Source: an uncultured Rhabdochlamydiaceae bacterium (lineage in GTDB: Bacteria > Chlamydiota > Chlamydiia > Chlamydiales > Rhabdochlamydiaceae). Taken from it: a DNA stretch of 64,000 bases. Where the stretch lies: assembly GCA_963712275.1 (NCBI GenBank), contig CAVQHD010000001.1, positions 704,001 through 768,000 on the forward strand, written 5' to 3'. The notes under the pieces are model-generated. The model ran no database searches, had not been told where the DNA came from, and saw only the letters and a program-made list of their open reading frames with translations. The position numbers and the translations under genes were made by a program. Of this stretch, positions 1 to 10,733 are shown in pieces (the stretch's first letter is position 1; every line of letters begins with the position of its first letter).

Positions 1-62
1 TGCGCCAGAGGCAGCCTTCGGTCTTTTCTTTCGTACCGTTCCCTTGCCCGATCTTTTTTCCT

Positions 63-1499
63 CTACTTAGGGGAGAAAGCTGAGAAGGCTTCGTCATTCT
101 CAGGGGCTCCCGCAGCTCCTCTTGAAGAAAAGTTGGCAAATTGGGCGATTTCTTTTCGGAAGGCAAATTGAACGTCTCCAACTGCGCCATGCCGGTTTTT
201 AGCAATAATTAATTTTGCTGTGCCGGGCTTATCGTAGGGGTCATAGTACTCTTGGCGAAGAAGGAACATCACAAGGTCGGAGTCTTGTTCGATGGCGCCG
301 CTTTCACGTAAGTCGCTCATCATCGGGCGGTGTCCTGCTCGTTCCTCAACCTTACGGGAGAGCTGGGAGAGGCAAAGGATGGGGATGTTGAGCTCTCGGG
401 CAAGGGTTTTAAGGAGGCGGGAGATCTCTGAAATTTCAATTTGCCGACTTTCCTGACTTCTGGAGGTTCCTGATCCAGACAGAAGCTGAAGATAGTCAAT
501 CACCAGGAACTGAACCCCGTGCGCCTCTTTCATGCGACGAGCCCGAGCGCGAAGGTCGGTGATTTTAAGCCCAGGAGAGTCATCAATAATCATCGTCTGT
601 TTTTGGATCTGTCCAGCTGCAGAGACGATGCGTTGAAATTCCATTCCGTTTAAAGAGCCTGTGCGGATTTTATCCGATTCAACTTCGGCTTGAGAGCAGA
701 TGATGCGATGCAGCAGTTGCTCTGCGGTCATCTCTAGCGAAAAAATGCCGACGGGAAGCCGATTTTTGAAACAGACATTTTCGGCGATGTTAAGGGCTAA
801 AGCTGTTTTCCCCATGGCGGGGCGAGCTGCGAGGATCATTAAATTCGAGGGGGAAAGCCCATTGATGAGTTTATCCAGATCGTGAAAATGGGTTGGAATG
901 CCTGTTGTCGCGGTCTCTTCGGGCCCTTTTGCTTGAAACAGCTCTTGACGGTCTTGGAGCTCTTTAAGGTAGGGAAGTTTGGAGAGAGTCTTAGATCCCG
1001 AGATGAGGTCCCGAATTTGAATTCCTCCCGAGGTGTTTGCCGCCTGGCTGATTTGGAAGAATTTTTGCTGGGCGATATCGAGTGTTGAGGAGACATCGTT
1101 AGGATCATCAAAGGCGAGCTTTTCGACATCTTGCGCTGATTGAATCATACGGCGGAGCAGGGATTTGCTTCGAACGAGCTCTGTGTACTCTTCAATATGG
1201 GCAGCAGTGCCGGCATATTGAGCGAGCGAGGCCAGGTAGGCGACGCCGCCGATGGCTTTGAGTTGTTCCCGCCGTTTCAGCTCTTCTGCCACAAGGTGGA
1301 CATCGGCAGGTTTGTCTTGGAGGAAGCAGTTTTTAAGAACTTCGAAAATGAGCCGGTGCTCTGAATAGTAAAAATCACTCTCTTCAAGAAGATCTGCGGC
1401 AATATTTAAGCTGCCAATTGCAGTCAGCATACAGCCGAGCACAATCATTTCAGATTCTTTAGAATTGGGGGGGACTTTTGGAGATAAATGTTCAGCCAT
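63..1499 (-). CDS. dnaB: Replicative DNA helicase
   Basis: Walker A ARPAMGKT, VIDYLQL, LSQLSR, DLRESGAIEQDSD, IAKNRHG motifs. Confidence 0.97.
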   Translation of the reverse strand: MAEHLSPKVPPNSKESEMIVLGCMLTAIGSLNIAADLLEESDFYYSEHRLIFEVLKNCFLQDKPADVHLVAEELKRREQLKAIGGVAYLASLAQYAGTAAHIEEYTELVRSKSLLRRMIQSAQDVEKLAFDDPNDVSSTLDIAQQKFFQISQAANTSGGIQIRDLISGSKTLSKLPYLKELQDRQELFQAKGPEETATTGIPTHFHDLDKLINGLSPSNLMILAARPAMGKTALALNIAENVCFKNRLPVGIFSLEMTAEQLLHRIICSQAEVESDKIRTGSLNGMEFQRIVSAAGQIQKQTMIIDDSPGLKITDLRARARRMKEAHGVQFLVIDYLQLLSGSGTSRSQESRQIEISEISRLLKTLARELNIPILCLSQLSRKVEERAGHRPMMSDLRESGAIEQDSDLVMFLLRQEYYDPYDKPGTAKLIIAKNRHGAVGDVQFAFRKEIAQFANFSSRGAAGAPENDEAFSAFSPK

Positions 1500-4400
1500 T
1501 AATAATTCCAGATAAATGAGAGGTTACAGCTATTGTAATCTGTTTTCTTGCTATATTCTCCTTCGTAAGAGAGAGAAATATTCAGCGCATTGCTAAAAAA
1601 GGATCCCATGAGTGTAGCGCCTGGGGCGATTAAATTACGAGTGGGATAAATTCCCGAGACTGTGAATTGATTGGGCACATCGATGAGTCTTGCGGTGAGA
1701 TGTTTACCCTTAAAGCGCGCCTCATTCACCCAGCTTAATTTGATGCTAGGGACAATATAATTTTTCCCTGCTGGAATGCAATATCTGCCCCCAATACCGA
1801 CCTCGCTTCGAAGCATCGTTGCACTTGACTCATCCATGACGAGATCTAAGCTTTGAGCGCCGTGCTCTCGATAGCGAGCTTGGTGGATATATATGTAGTC
1901 CAATTGACCGAAGGGATAGAATTGGAAATTTTCCCCTTTAGGTACCATGAATCCTAGGTCAATGTGGCCTGTGATACTATCTCCGTGATGGGTCGCCTTC
2001 GCATGCCGATCAATGGCTGCAAATGAAATTTTTCTAGAGTTATGGTACCGGTTGTAAGCGGCAATCACAGATAGATTCATATAGAATAGGTTGCCCAGCC
2101 AGCTGCCATAGGCTCCCCCATAATAGCTATTGATGCGTCCGTTTGCCAGCGACTCACTCCAGTCAATGTCGCTGTAGGTATAGGCACCTAAGATTCCAAC
2201 GTAAAGGTGTTTGAGGAAAACGCAATCGATTCCAGCGGCTCCTACGATACTATCGCTATGAAAGCCGACCTGATCATTTTGATGTTCTTGAAAGAAAAAT
2301 CCACCGCTCACATCTCCCCAAATACTCCACGGACGCTCCCGATCTTGAGAAGCGCACGTCATCTCGTGAAGGGTATTGGTTCTTTTTCTAAGCGTAGAGG
2401 AGATAAGAACAAAATTATTTTGTTGAGAGAGGGAAAGCCCTGTGAGAAGCGAGGGCTGCATTTCATTAAAGGCTGGATTGAGTTGCGTAGGGTCCAACGA
2501 ATAGAGCTGTTGAAAAACAAAGAAAAGATCGGTTCCTGGCACTGGACGAACCCCAGTCAAACTCTGAGCAATTTGATGGGCATTGCCTGTGGTAAATTCA
2601 GCAAAAGATCCTACACCCAGAAGTAAATCGATATGCGTGGGAAAATAGAGAATAGTATGATGAGCCAATGGAAAGCTAATTATCAAGTTGCTGAATGTTC
2701 CTGTTACACTTCCGCCATTGACAATCGTAAATTGAGAACCGTCCACATAAGATTCGCTCGGAGTGGGGAAAAGCTCCAAGGTGGCTCCTGGAAGGATAGT
2801 TACATTGCTGCTCACGTTAAGAAGGTCTGCTGTAGAAGGGGTTAGCTCTATTTGCAAAACAGAGCCGGAGTTAAACGTAATATCCCCAATCACATTTAGC
2901 ACCCCAATAGAATTACCAGGGGTAATTGTTCCAGTATTCGATACATTCCCTATAATTGTTCCATTCCCCTGCAAAAATGCATTTGCAAAAATAGAGACAT
3001 CTCCTGTGATTGTTCCATTCATCTGTGAAATTGCATTTGCAAGAACGGAGACATTTCCTGTAATTGTTCCAGTCACCTGTAAAATTGCATTTGCAAGAAC
3101 GGAGACATCCGATGTGATCGAACCATTGACTGCCAAGATTCCTTGGGCAACAGTTGTTGCTCCCACATAGGAATTTGATCCGGTTAAATTCAGTGTTCCC
3201 GCTCCTTGTTTTGTGAATCCTCCAGGGCCTGTCATTCCGCTAGTCCAAGTGGTCGTTAAGCCTGTATCTACTGCAATGCTTCCCCCTGCAGTTAATGAGG
3301 TCGCTCGGCTCATAGAAAAACTATTCATAGTGATTTCTAGTGTTCCGTCTCCAAGCGTCACAGATCCACTCGCATCTCCTAGGTTCCCATTGTTTGCGAT
3401 TTTCAAAGTCCCTTGGTTGATTGTTGTTCCGCCTGTGTAAGTATGTGCTCCTGCCATCATAGAAAAATCAAGAATGCCTGCTCCTGATTTGATGAGCCCG
3501 CCACCGCTTCCTCCGCCTGCGCCTTGATCGCTTTCTATTGGGGTTAGAAAGACAAGAGGTCCTACAGAAATATTAAACTCAAGGGTGCCTCCCGACATAA
3601 GAAAGATATCTTGACCAAAGCCCATTCCACTTTGTGCACTCGTCCCTCCTAATCCTCCTGTTGCTGAATTGCCAGAAAAAGCAGGGTCCATTAACAATAA
3701 ATAAGAGGTTTGATAAACAAAAATCGCTCCGCCTAAGCCACCACCACCTCCTCCTCCTACATTCGATGAGGAGCCGCCCGCGAATCCCGGTAGACTAACA
3801 AGACCAGGCCCCCCTCCTCCTGCGCCGCCTCCGAAGCCACCTGAGGGATAAGTTACCCCCGACCGGCCGACTGCAATACCGCCGCCGCCGCCGCCAAATC
3901 CCCCCATGCCAAAGCAGGCAGGATTGCTTGTGGCAAACTCATCAAATACACCGCCACCGCCGCCGCCAAATCCTCCATTAGACGAGCATGCTCCCAGATA
4001 AGGTGCAGAAAACGAACCTCCTCCTCCCCCTCCTCCATTTCCACCATTCCCTCCAGGACAACCGGTCGTTGACCCACCGCCTCCACCTCCGGGCCCTCCA
4101 TTAGCACCAGGGCATCCAGCGGCCCCTCCGTTCGGCGGGCCTCCATTCGGTATCCCTGGGGTATCATCTCCATTTCCACCGAATCCTCCTCCCCCGGCAG
4201 CTCCGGCCTCAAACGAGAGAGCCCTTCCTCCATTACCTTGTAGTCCACCGCCGCCGCCCAATCCACTTATTATAGAGGGTGCGCTTGTACCGGTACCGCT
4301 TCCTCCGCCTCCAAAAATACCCCCTCCTCCACCGGCCCCTGCATTTAAACTTGATATTGGGCCGCTTCCGCCAGGTCCACCGACTGCACGATTAGAAGTG

Positions 4401-4876
4401 AAAGTCATGTTGTGAAGAGTCATTGTCGAGTCTGGAGGTACAAATACAGCGCCTCCTAACCCAGCGCCACCACCACCTCCAGCTCCTTGAGCAAGGCTAG
4501 GGATTACAGCCCCTCCAGAGCCTCCTGTAACATTACCGTTTTGGATAGTGATATTGCTGATAGTGATCGAGGTTAGAGTTGTATCAGGACTGTAAAAGAA
4601 AAAAGCACGATGACCGGAGGCATTAAGAACTTGGGGTTCTGCAAGGCCGACGATGGTGGCCTGATTGGTGATAATAGGCAAAGAGCTGGCAAGTGTAATG
4701 GTTCCTAAGCCAGCATTGATATTAATGTCATTTGATCCTCCTACAGTATTTGAGTCGAGGATGGCTTGGCGGAGTGAACCGGCCCCTGAATCATTATTAT
4801 TGGTTACTATGTATGTGTTGCTAAACAATGAAAAGGGAATCAAAGAAGAGAGAAGCAAAGTTAATGTTTTCGACAC
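1499..4876 (-). CDS. Autotransporter, Gly-rich passenger with PATR-like repeats (1125 aa)
   Basis: Signal peptide, DSGAGSLRQAI N-terminal motif, GG(L/F)xKxGxG...TYxGxT repeats, beta-barrel-type C-terminus ending IWNY. Confidence 0.9.
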   Translation of the reverse strand: MSKTLTLLLSSLIPFSLFSNTYIVTNNNDSGAGSLRQAILDSNTVGGSNDININAGLGTITLASSLPIITNQATIVGLAEPQVLNASGHRAFFFYSPDTTLTSITISNITIQNGNVTGGSGGAVIPSLAQGAGGGGGAGLGGAVFVPPDSTMTLHNMTFTSNRAVGGPGGSGPISSLNAGAGGGGGIFGGGGSGTGTSAPSIISGLGGGGGLQGNGGRALSFEAGAAGGGGFGGNGDDTPGIPNGGPPNGGAAGCPGANGGPGGGGGGSTTGCPGGNGGNGGGGGGGSFSAPYLGACSSNGGFGGGGGGVFDEFATSNPACFGMGGFGGGGGGIAVGRSGVTYPSGGFGGGAGGGGPGLVSLPGFAGGSSSNVGGGGGGGLGGAIFVYQTSYLLLMDPAFSGNSATGGLGGTSAQSGMGFGQDIFLMSGGTLEFNISVGPLVFLTPIESDQGAGGGSGGGLIKSGAGILDFSMMAGAHTYTGGTTINQGTLKIANNGNLGDASGSVTLGDGTLEITMNSFSMSRATSLTAGGSIAVDTGLTTTWTSGMTGPGGFTKQGAGTLNLTGSNSYVGATTVAQGILAVNGSITSDVSVLANAILQVTGTITGNVSVLANAISQMNGTITGDVSIFANAFLQGNGTIIGNVSNTGTITPGNSIGVLNVIGDITFNSGSVLQIELTPSTADLLNVSSNVTILPGATLELFPTPSESYVDGSQFTIVNGGSVTGTFSNLIISFPLAHHTILYFPTHIDLLLGVGSFAEFTTGNAHQIAQSLTGVRPVPGTDLFFVFQQLYSLDPTQLNPAFNEMQPSLLTGLSLSQQNNFVLISSTLRKRTNTLHEMTCASQDRERPWSIWGDVSGGFFFQEHQNDQVGFHSDSIVGAAGIDCVFLKHLYVGILGAYTYSDIDWSESLANGRINSYYGGAYGSWLGNLFYMNLSVIAAYNRYHNSRKISFAAIDRHAKATHHGDSITGHIDLGFMVPKGENFQFYPFGQLDYIYIHQARYREHGAQSLDLVMDESSATMLRSEVGIGGRYCIPAGKNYIVPSIKLSWVNEARFKGKHLTARLIDVPNQFTVSGIYPTRNLIAPGATLMGSFFSNALNISLSYEGEYSKKTDYNSCNLSFIWNY
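2955..3110. repeat. Intragenic 54-bp (18-aa) tandem repeat, about 3 copies
   Basis: DVSVLANAILQVTGTITG / NVSVLANAISQMNGTITG / DVSIFANAFLQGNGTIIG; only one unit in the paralog. Confidence 0.85.
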
Positions 4877-4889
4877 ATGATTTCCTTAA

Positions 4890-7800
4890 TTAATAATTCC
4901 AGATAAATGAGAGGTTAACGGTATTATAATCTGTTTTCTTGCTATATTCCCCTTCGTAAGAGAGGGAGATATTCAAGGCGTCATTCAAAAACGATCCCAT
5001 AAGTGTGGCGCCTGGGGCGATTAAATTACGAGTGGGATAAATCCCCGAGACTGTGAATTGATTGGGCACATCGATGAGTCTTGCGGTGAGATGTTTACCC
5101 TTAAAGCGCGCCTCATTCACCCAGCTTAATTTAACACTAGGGACGACATAGTTTTTTCCTGCTGGAATGCAATATCTGCCCCCGATACCGACCTCGCTTC
5201 GAAGCATCGTTGCACTTGACTCATCCATGACGAGATCCAAGCTTTGAGCGCCGTACTCTCGATAGCGAGCTTGGTGGGTATACATGTAGTCCAATTGACC
5301 GAAGGGATAGAATTGGAAATTTTCTCCTTTAGGCACCATGAACCCTAGGTCAACGTGGCCTGTGATACTATCTCCGTGATGGTTTGCCTTCGCATGCCGG
5401 TCAATAGCTGCAAATGAAATTTTTCTAGAGTTGTGGTACTTGTTGTAAGCACCAATAATGGATAGATTCACATAGAATAGGTTATTCAGCCAGCTGGTAT
5501 AAGCACCCCCATAATAGCTATTGATATGTCCATCTGCTAGCGACTTGCTCCAGTCGATATCGGTATAGGTATAGGCACCCAGCACTCCAACATAGAGATG
5601 CTTGAGAAAAACGCAATCTATTCCGAGAGCTCCCACAATATTATCGCTGTGAAAACCGACCTGATCATCTTGATGCTCTTGATGGAAAAATCCGCCACTC
5701 ACATCTCCCCAAATACTCCATGGATGCTCTCGCTTTTGAGCAGCGCAGGTCATCTCGTGAAGGGTATTGGTTCTTTTTCTTAATGCTGCGCTGACAAGGA
5801 CAAAATTATTTTGCTGGTTGATGGAAAGTCCTGTGAGAAGCGAGGGTTGCATTTCATTAAAGGCTTGATTGAGCTGCGCAGCGTCCAGCGAAAAAAGCTG
5901 CTGAAAAACAAAGAAAAGATCGGTTCCTAGCGCTGGATTGATGCCGATCAAGCTTTTAGCGATTTGAAAGGCATTGCCTGTTACAAAGTCTGCAAAATGG
6001 TTCACGTTAAGCGCTAAATCAATATGGGTGGGAAAATAGAGAACGGTGGGATGAAGCAAGAGAAAGCTATTCGTCACGCTGCTGAATGTTCCTGTTACAC
6101 TGCTGCCATTGACAATCGTAAATTGAGAGCCATCTCCATAAGATCCGCTCGGAGTGGGGAAAAGTTCTAAGGTGGCTCCTGGAAGGATGGTGACATTGCC
6201 GGTGACATTAAGGAGATCTGTGCTAGAGGGATCAAACTCTATTTGCAAAGAGGAGCCGGCGTTAAACATCGTATTACCAACGATCGTGATGGTCCCGATA
6301 GAATTGCCTGGAGCAATCGTTCCACTATTCGTTACATTTCCTGTAATGGTTCCAATTCCCTGCAAAAGGGCATTTGCAAGAATGGAAATATTCGATGTGA
6401 TCGAACCATTGACTGCCAAGGCTCCTTGGGCAACCGTTGTCGTTCCCGTATAGGTATTGGATCCAGTTAGAGTGAATGTCCCTGTACCGGTTTTTGTTAA
6501 CCCTCCAGTTCCTTGGATCATGCCTTGAAAGGTTAAAGAGTTATTATCAGAGCCTAAGGTGAGTGTGCCACTTCCCAAGGTCACTAAGCCAGGTCCAATT
6601 AAGTTAGCGATCGATTGGTTAAAATTGTTGAGGTCTAAAGTCCCATTGATTGCAACCAGAGAATATGGAGAAAAAGCATTGGTAGCTCCAGCCTGGAATG
6701 TTCCAGCAGCAACAATTGTGATTCCGGAGTACACATTATCAAGTCCGCTTAAGGTGAAGATTCCTGTCCCGACCTTTATCAGCCCTCCAGTTCCACTTAT
6801 ACTCCCTGAAAAGGCAGAGGGATTGTTATCGCTTCCGAAGATTAAGGTCCCAGCTCCCAAAAGGACCATTCCAGATCCATTTAGATTCGCGATGGATTGA
6901 TTCAAACCATTGAGACTAAGAGCAGCATTGACCGTCATCGCAGAATTGGGAGAAAAGGCGTTCACCGCTCCAGCTTGCAGGGTTCCGCCAGAAACAATCG
7001 TTGTTCCTGAATAGGTACTCGTTCCAGCTAGAGTAAACGTTCCTGTTCCGTCTTTTGTTAACCCTCCAGTTGTTCCTTGGATCATCCCTTGAAATGTCGA
7101 GGGGTTGTTGTTATTACTTATTGTGAGTGTACCGGCTTCCAAAGTCACCGTGCCAGCTCCAGATAAACCGGCGATCGTTTGATCAAGACCATTGAGATCT
7201 AAAGTCGCATTGACTGTGAACGCAGAATTAGGGGAAAAGGAGTTGGCCGCTCCGGCTTGCAAGGTTCCGCCAGAAACGGTTGTTGTTCCACTGTACGTAC
7301 CACTGCCGCTTAAAGTGAAGACCCCTGTGCCGACCTTGGTCAATGACCCTGTGGTTCCGCTAATCATTCCTGAAAAAATGGACGAGGTATTGCCACTTCC
7401 CGTGGTTAAAGTTGCAGATCCCAAGAGAACGCTTCCAGATCCCGATAATTGAGTAATCGATTGATTAAAGCTGTTCAAATCGAGGGTGGAGCTGACTATA
7501 AAACCTGTAGATTGAGAGGAAAATGTATTTATAGTATTTGCTCTAAGAATTCCCGATGAAACAGTGGTTGTTCCTAAATAGGAATTCGGTCCACTTAAAA
7601 TCAGCGTTCCCGGTCCGTCTTTTGTCAAAGAACCTATGCTCGTGATTCCACCAGCCCAAGTTGTCGTAACTAGTACATCAGTTGTAATGGTTGCATTTCC
7701 CGTGAGCGTGGTTGTTCTGCTGATGGTAAAACTATTCGTAGCGATTTCTAGCGTTCCATTTCCTAAAGTCACAGATCCACTCGAGGCCCCTAGATTGCTA

Positions 7801-9305
7801 TCGCTTGCAATGATCAAGTTGCCGTCGTTAATGGTTGTTCCACCTGTGTATGTATTTGCTTCTATCAGCGTAGAAAAATCCAGGGTCCCCACCCCAGATT
7901 TAATGACTCCGCCACCGCTTCCTCCGCCTGCACCTTGATCGCTTTCAATCACTGATGGGAAAACGAGCGTCCCTGAAATATTGAGCTCAAGGGTTCCTCC
8001 TGACATAAGAAAAATATCTTGTCCTATGCCACTTCCAGGATGTCCATTAGGTGTACCTGCAGTGCCTCCTATGGCAGTGTTCCCCGAAAAGCTTGGATCT
8101 ACTAGAATTGCAGATGAAGTGTTGTAAATAAAAAGGGCCCCACCTAATCCAGCACCACCACCACCTCCTCCTGCAGTGTGAGCAGAATTCCAACCGCCGC
8201 TATTACCACCTCCAAACCCTGCAACCGTGGAACTGGTAGAAGCGCCTGCACCACCTCCGAATCCTCCGGAGAGCACACCGCTGACAGCTCCACCTAGGCC
8301 TCCTCCCCCACCTCCAAACCCTCCCCCTCCACAACGATTCCCAAAGGCCGACTCCTGGAAAGCGGCGCCACCGCCCCCACCTCCAAATCCTCCATTGGAT
8401 GCGGGGCCAGACCTACCCCCATTATCCCCACCGCCACCGCCACCGCCATCTCCACCATTCCCTCCTGAGCAATAAGCAGTACCCCCACCGCCACCGCCAA
8501 TCCCACCATCTCCTCCTGGGCATCCTCCCGCGCCCCCATTAGGCCCTCCACCACTTGGAAGTCCAAATGATGGATTATCGCCACCATTTCCAATAAATCC
8601 TCCTCCACCTGCCCCTGCTTCAACAGCCGCAACAGGAGAATCTGATGCATTTCCTCCATTTCCTTGTAAGCCCCCTCCCCCTCCAAAAGTCATTATACCA
8701 CCATTATACATGGCGGTTCCATCACCTCCATTTCCAAAAATCCCTCCGCCACCTCCCAGTCCAACACTATAGTATGGAGAAGAAGGTGTTCCGTGACCTC
8801 CAATACCCCCATGGGCAGTATTTGAATTGAAGCTTACATTATCTAAAGTAATTGTCGCCCCAGGTGGAACAAAAACAGCGCCTCCGAGCCCTGCTCCGCC
8901 TCCCCCTGCGAGCGGTGAATTTTGACTCCCGGAGCCGCCAGTCACTTGAGCATTGTTAATGGTCATGTTGGAGATATTGATCGAACTTAAAGTCGTTCCG
9001 GGGTCGTAGAAGAAAAAAGCACGATAGCTGCCATTGGCATTAAGAACTTGAGGTATCGCAGGGCCGACAATAGTTGTCTGATTCGTAATAATAGGCAAAG
9101 AGCTTTGAAGTATAATAACCCCTAGGCCAGAATTGATGTTAATGGTATTCGATCCCCCCGCAGTATTTGAGTCCAGGATGGCTTGGCGAAGTGAGCCGGC
9201 TCCTGAATCACTATTGTTGTCCACTGTGAATGTGGCGCTAAATAATGAAAAAGTAAAAAAAGAAGAGAAAAATAAGATTAATGTTTTCGACACACAACCC
9301 CTCAA
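4890..9305 (-). CDS. Autotransporter paralog with expanded PATR-like repeats (1471 aa)
   Basis: Same architecture as 1499-4876; several GxLTKxGxGxFTLxG repeats; nearly identical beta-domain. Confidence 0.9.
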   Translation of the reverse strand: MRGCVSKTLILFFSSFFTFSLFSATFTVDNNSDSGAGSLRQAILDSNTAGGSNTININSGLGVIILQSSLPIITNQTTIVGPAIPQVLNANGSYRAFFFYDPGTTLSSINISNMTINNAQVTGGSGSQNSPLAGGGGAGLGGAVFVPPGATITLDNVSFNSNTAHGGIGGHGTPSSPYYSVGLGGGGGIFGNGGDGTAMYNGGIMTFGGGGGLQGNGGNASDSPVAAVEAGAGGGGFIGNGGDNPSFGLPSGGGPNGGAGGCPGGDGGIGGGGGGTAYCSGGNGGDGGGGGGGDNGGRSGPASNGGFGGGGGGAAFQESAFGNRCGGGGFGGGGGGLGGAVSGVLSGGFGGGAGASTSSTVAGFGGGNSGGWNSAHTAGGGGGGAGLGGALFIYNTSSAILVDPSFSGNTAIGGTAGTPNGHPGSGIGQDIFLMSGGTLELNISGTLVFPSVIESDQGAGGGSGGGVIKSGVGTLDFSTLIEANTYTGGTTINDGNLIIASDSNLGASSGSVTLGNGTLEIATNSFTISRTTTLTGNATITTDVLVTTTWAGGITSIGSLTKDGPGTLILSGPNSYLGTTTVSSGILRANTINTFSSQSTGFIVSSTLDLNSFNQSITQLSGSGSVLLGSATLTTGSGNTSSIFSGMISGTTGSLTKVGTGVFTLSGSGTYSGTTTVSGGTLQAGAANSFSPNSAFTVNATLDLNGLDQTIAGLSGAGTVTLEAGTLTISNNNNPSTFQGMIQGTTGGLTKDGTGTFTLAGTSTYSGTTIVSGGTLQAGAVNAFSPNSAMTVNAALSLNGLNQSIANLNGSGMVLLGAGTLIFGSDNNPSAFSGSISGTGGLIKVGTGIFTLSGLDNVYSGITIVAAGTFQAGATNAFSPYSLVAINGTLDLNNFNQSIANLIGPGLVTLGSGTLTLGSDNNSLTFQGMIQGTGGLTKTGTGTFTLTGSNTYTGTTTVAQGALAVNGSITSNISILANALLQGIGTITGNVTNSGTIAPGNSIGTITIVGNTMFNAGSSLQIEFDPSSTDLLNVTGNVTILPGATLELFPTPSGSYGDGSQFTIVNGSSVTGTFSSVTNSFLLLHPTVLYFPTHIDLALNVNHFADFVTGNAFQIAKSLIGINPALGTDLFFVFQQLFSLDAAQLNQAFNEMQPSLLTGLSINQQNNFVLVSAALRKRTNTLHEMTCAAQKREHPWSIWGDVSGGFFHQEHQDDQVGFHSDNIVGALGIDCVFLKHLYVGVLGAYTYTDIDWSKSLADGHINSYYGGAYTSWLNNLFYVNLSIIGAYNKYHNSRKISFAAIDRHAKANHHGDSITGHVDLGFMVPKGENFQFYPFGQLDYMYTHQARYREYGAQSLDLVMDESSATMLRSEVGIGGRYCIPAGKNYVVPSVKLSWVNEARFKGKHLTARLIDVPNQFTVSGIYPTRNLIAPGATLMGSFLNDALNISLSYEGEYSKKTDYNTVNLSFIWNY

Positions 9306-9377
9306 GACAGCTGTATAACAATTTTTATATTACAATTAAAGCTAAAATTTCAATAGAGGTTGGGGGTTTGAAATCAT

Positions 9378-9467
9378 CGGAAAGAGTGGGATTTGAACCC
9401 ACGGTACCCCTTAACGGAGTACGCGTCCTTAGCAGGGACGTGCCTTCGGCCACTCAGCCATCTTTCC
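9378..9467 (-). tRNA. tRNA-Ser (GCT)
   Basis: GGAAAGA acceptor stem, anticodon loop CT-GCT-AA, long variable arm, GTTCAAATC T-loop. Confidence 0.95.
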
Positions 9468-9503
9468 ATCTAGGAGGAGATATGTTAACGTCCTGCTTTG
9501 AAT

Positions 9504-9669
9504 TAAGCAAGTCCGCCTAAATATTTATCAAAAATTTCTAGCCAATTTTCGCGATCTTTCATGCGTATCTCCTCGGCCGTGTCTACCGACACTGTCCTCG
9601 TCGTCTTGCATGAAATCTCATCGAAAATTGGCTAGAAATTTTTGATAAATATTTAGGCGGACTTGCTTA
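9504..9669. mobile_element. Palindromic MITE-like element with TA ends
   Basis: Perfect 48-bp arms 9504-9551 / 9622-9669; right end contains the TAA stop of the adjacent gene. Confidence 0.8.
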
Positions 9670-10503
9670 GTCAATGAACTGAGAACGGGTCATCCGCTGA
9701 CCATTGAGGGCATTCCAATGGCTGGTATGGATCGAGCCGTCTGGATTTTGAACGATGATGCTGTGAACGGGAAGGTAAATATCAGTCATTTTTCGAATTG
9801 CAAAATTTTGACCGAAGGCGGCGCGGGCGATTTTTTCAATTTGCGAGGGGGAAAATCGTTTGTGCAGGCGGATGGCGTCTTTATACGGTTTTGTGACGAG
9901 ACGTTCATCGACCTGCGTTTCAGGAGACATCCGAAGTCGAGGATTTTGAAAGTGAAGACGGTAGTGGTTGCCAGCTTGGATAATCAGCTGTTTTTTACGG
10001 CAGCTATCGATCCATCCATCCAAAATCTCATGCTCGACATTGAGCGCTTTGCTGAGCCCCTCGCGGTCAAGGGCGCCTCCTTTACGAGCCAGTAAATTGA
10101 GGATTTTAAATTCTTGCGGTGTGGCACCGGCTTCAATGCAGTCACCAAGACCGTGGGTTTTTTCCCAGTTCTTTGTGCTGGTGACCATTTCCCCGTCGGT
10201 CATGTCCCATAAAATCACGCTTTCTTTTGTTTTTTCATCAGATAATGTGTATTTAACTTCCATCAAGAGATAGGGGTAAAACTCCAGGAGAGGGTCGAGG
10301 TATCGATGTCTACTATCTTTGAGGAGCTCCCGCCTGTGCTGTTCCATGATTTGATTGGCGTTATACCGGAGCTCCAGGGTAGGAAAATGCCCCAAATCCA
10401 AGACTTCTGCAACTTTTGTTTTCACCTGAGGGTGGTTGTTGGAGACAATCCATACGCCATACCCTCCGGCGACTAAAGCAAGTAGTGTAGCCAACATTCT
10501 CAT
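9667..10503 (-). CDS. Hypothetical protein with N-terminal membrane anchor
   Basis: 278-aa ORF, hydrophobic N-terminus; no function recognised. Confidence 0.8.
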   Translation of the reverse strand: MRMLATLLALVAGGYGVWIVSNNHPQVKTKVAEVLDLGHFPTLELRYNANQIMEQHRRELLKDSRHRYLDPLLEFYPYLLMEVKYTLSDEKTKESVILWDMTDGEMVTSTKNWEKTHGLGDCIEAGATPQEFKILNLLARKGGALDREGLSKALNVEHEILDGWIDSCRKKQLIIQAGNHYRLHFQNPRLRMSPETQVDERLVTKPYKDAIRLHKRFSPSQIEKIARAAFGQNFAIRKMTDIYLPVHSIIVQNPDGSIHTSHWNALNGQRMTRSQFID

Positions 10504-10733
10504 GATCTTTATTTTAGAGATATAACAGAGGAGCTTTCAAAAGTCTATACCTCTTCCAGCTGAATGGCAACCATTAGGACTGAGTTGAAAGACTTATCCT
10601 ACAAGGCTTTTTAACTCCCTCATCTACAGGCTGATAAGCTCATTGTTCAAGTTATTAACAGAATATTTATAATTTAATGTTGATTTTTTAATAAAAATTA
10701 TATATAATTAGTATTATATATTTATAAGGTTCT

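Noticed and set aside
1..62. Possible gene or RNA at the window start
   Set aside because: Too short to support any call.
2207..8830. Plus-strand Pro-rich ORFs within the autotransporters
   Set aside because: Shadow frames of Gly-rich codons.
9281..9520. 79-aa ORF
   Set aside because: Antisense to tRNA-Ser.
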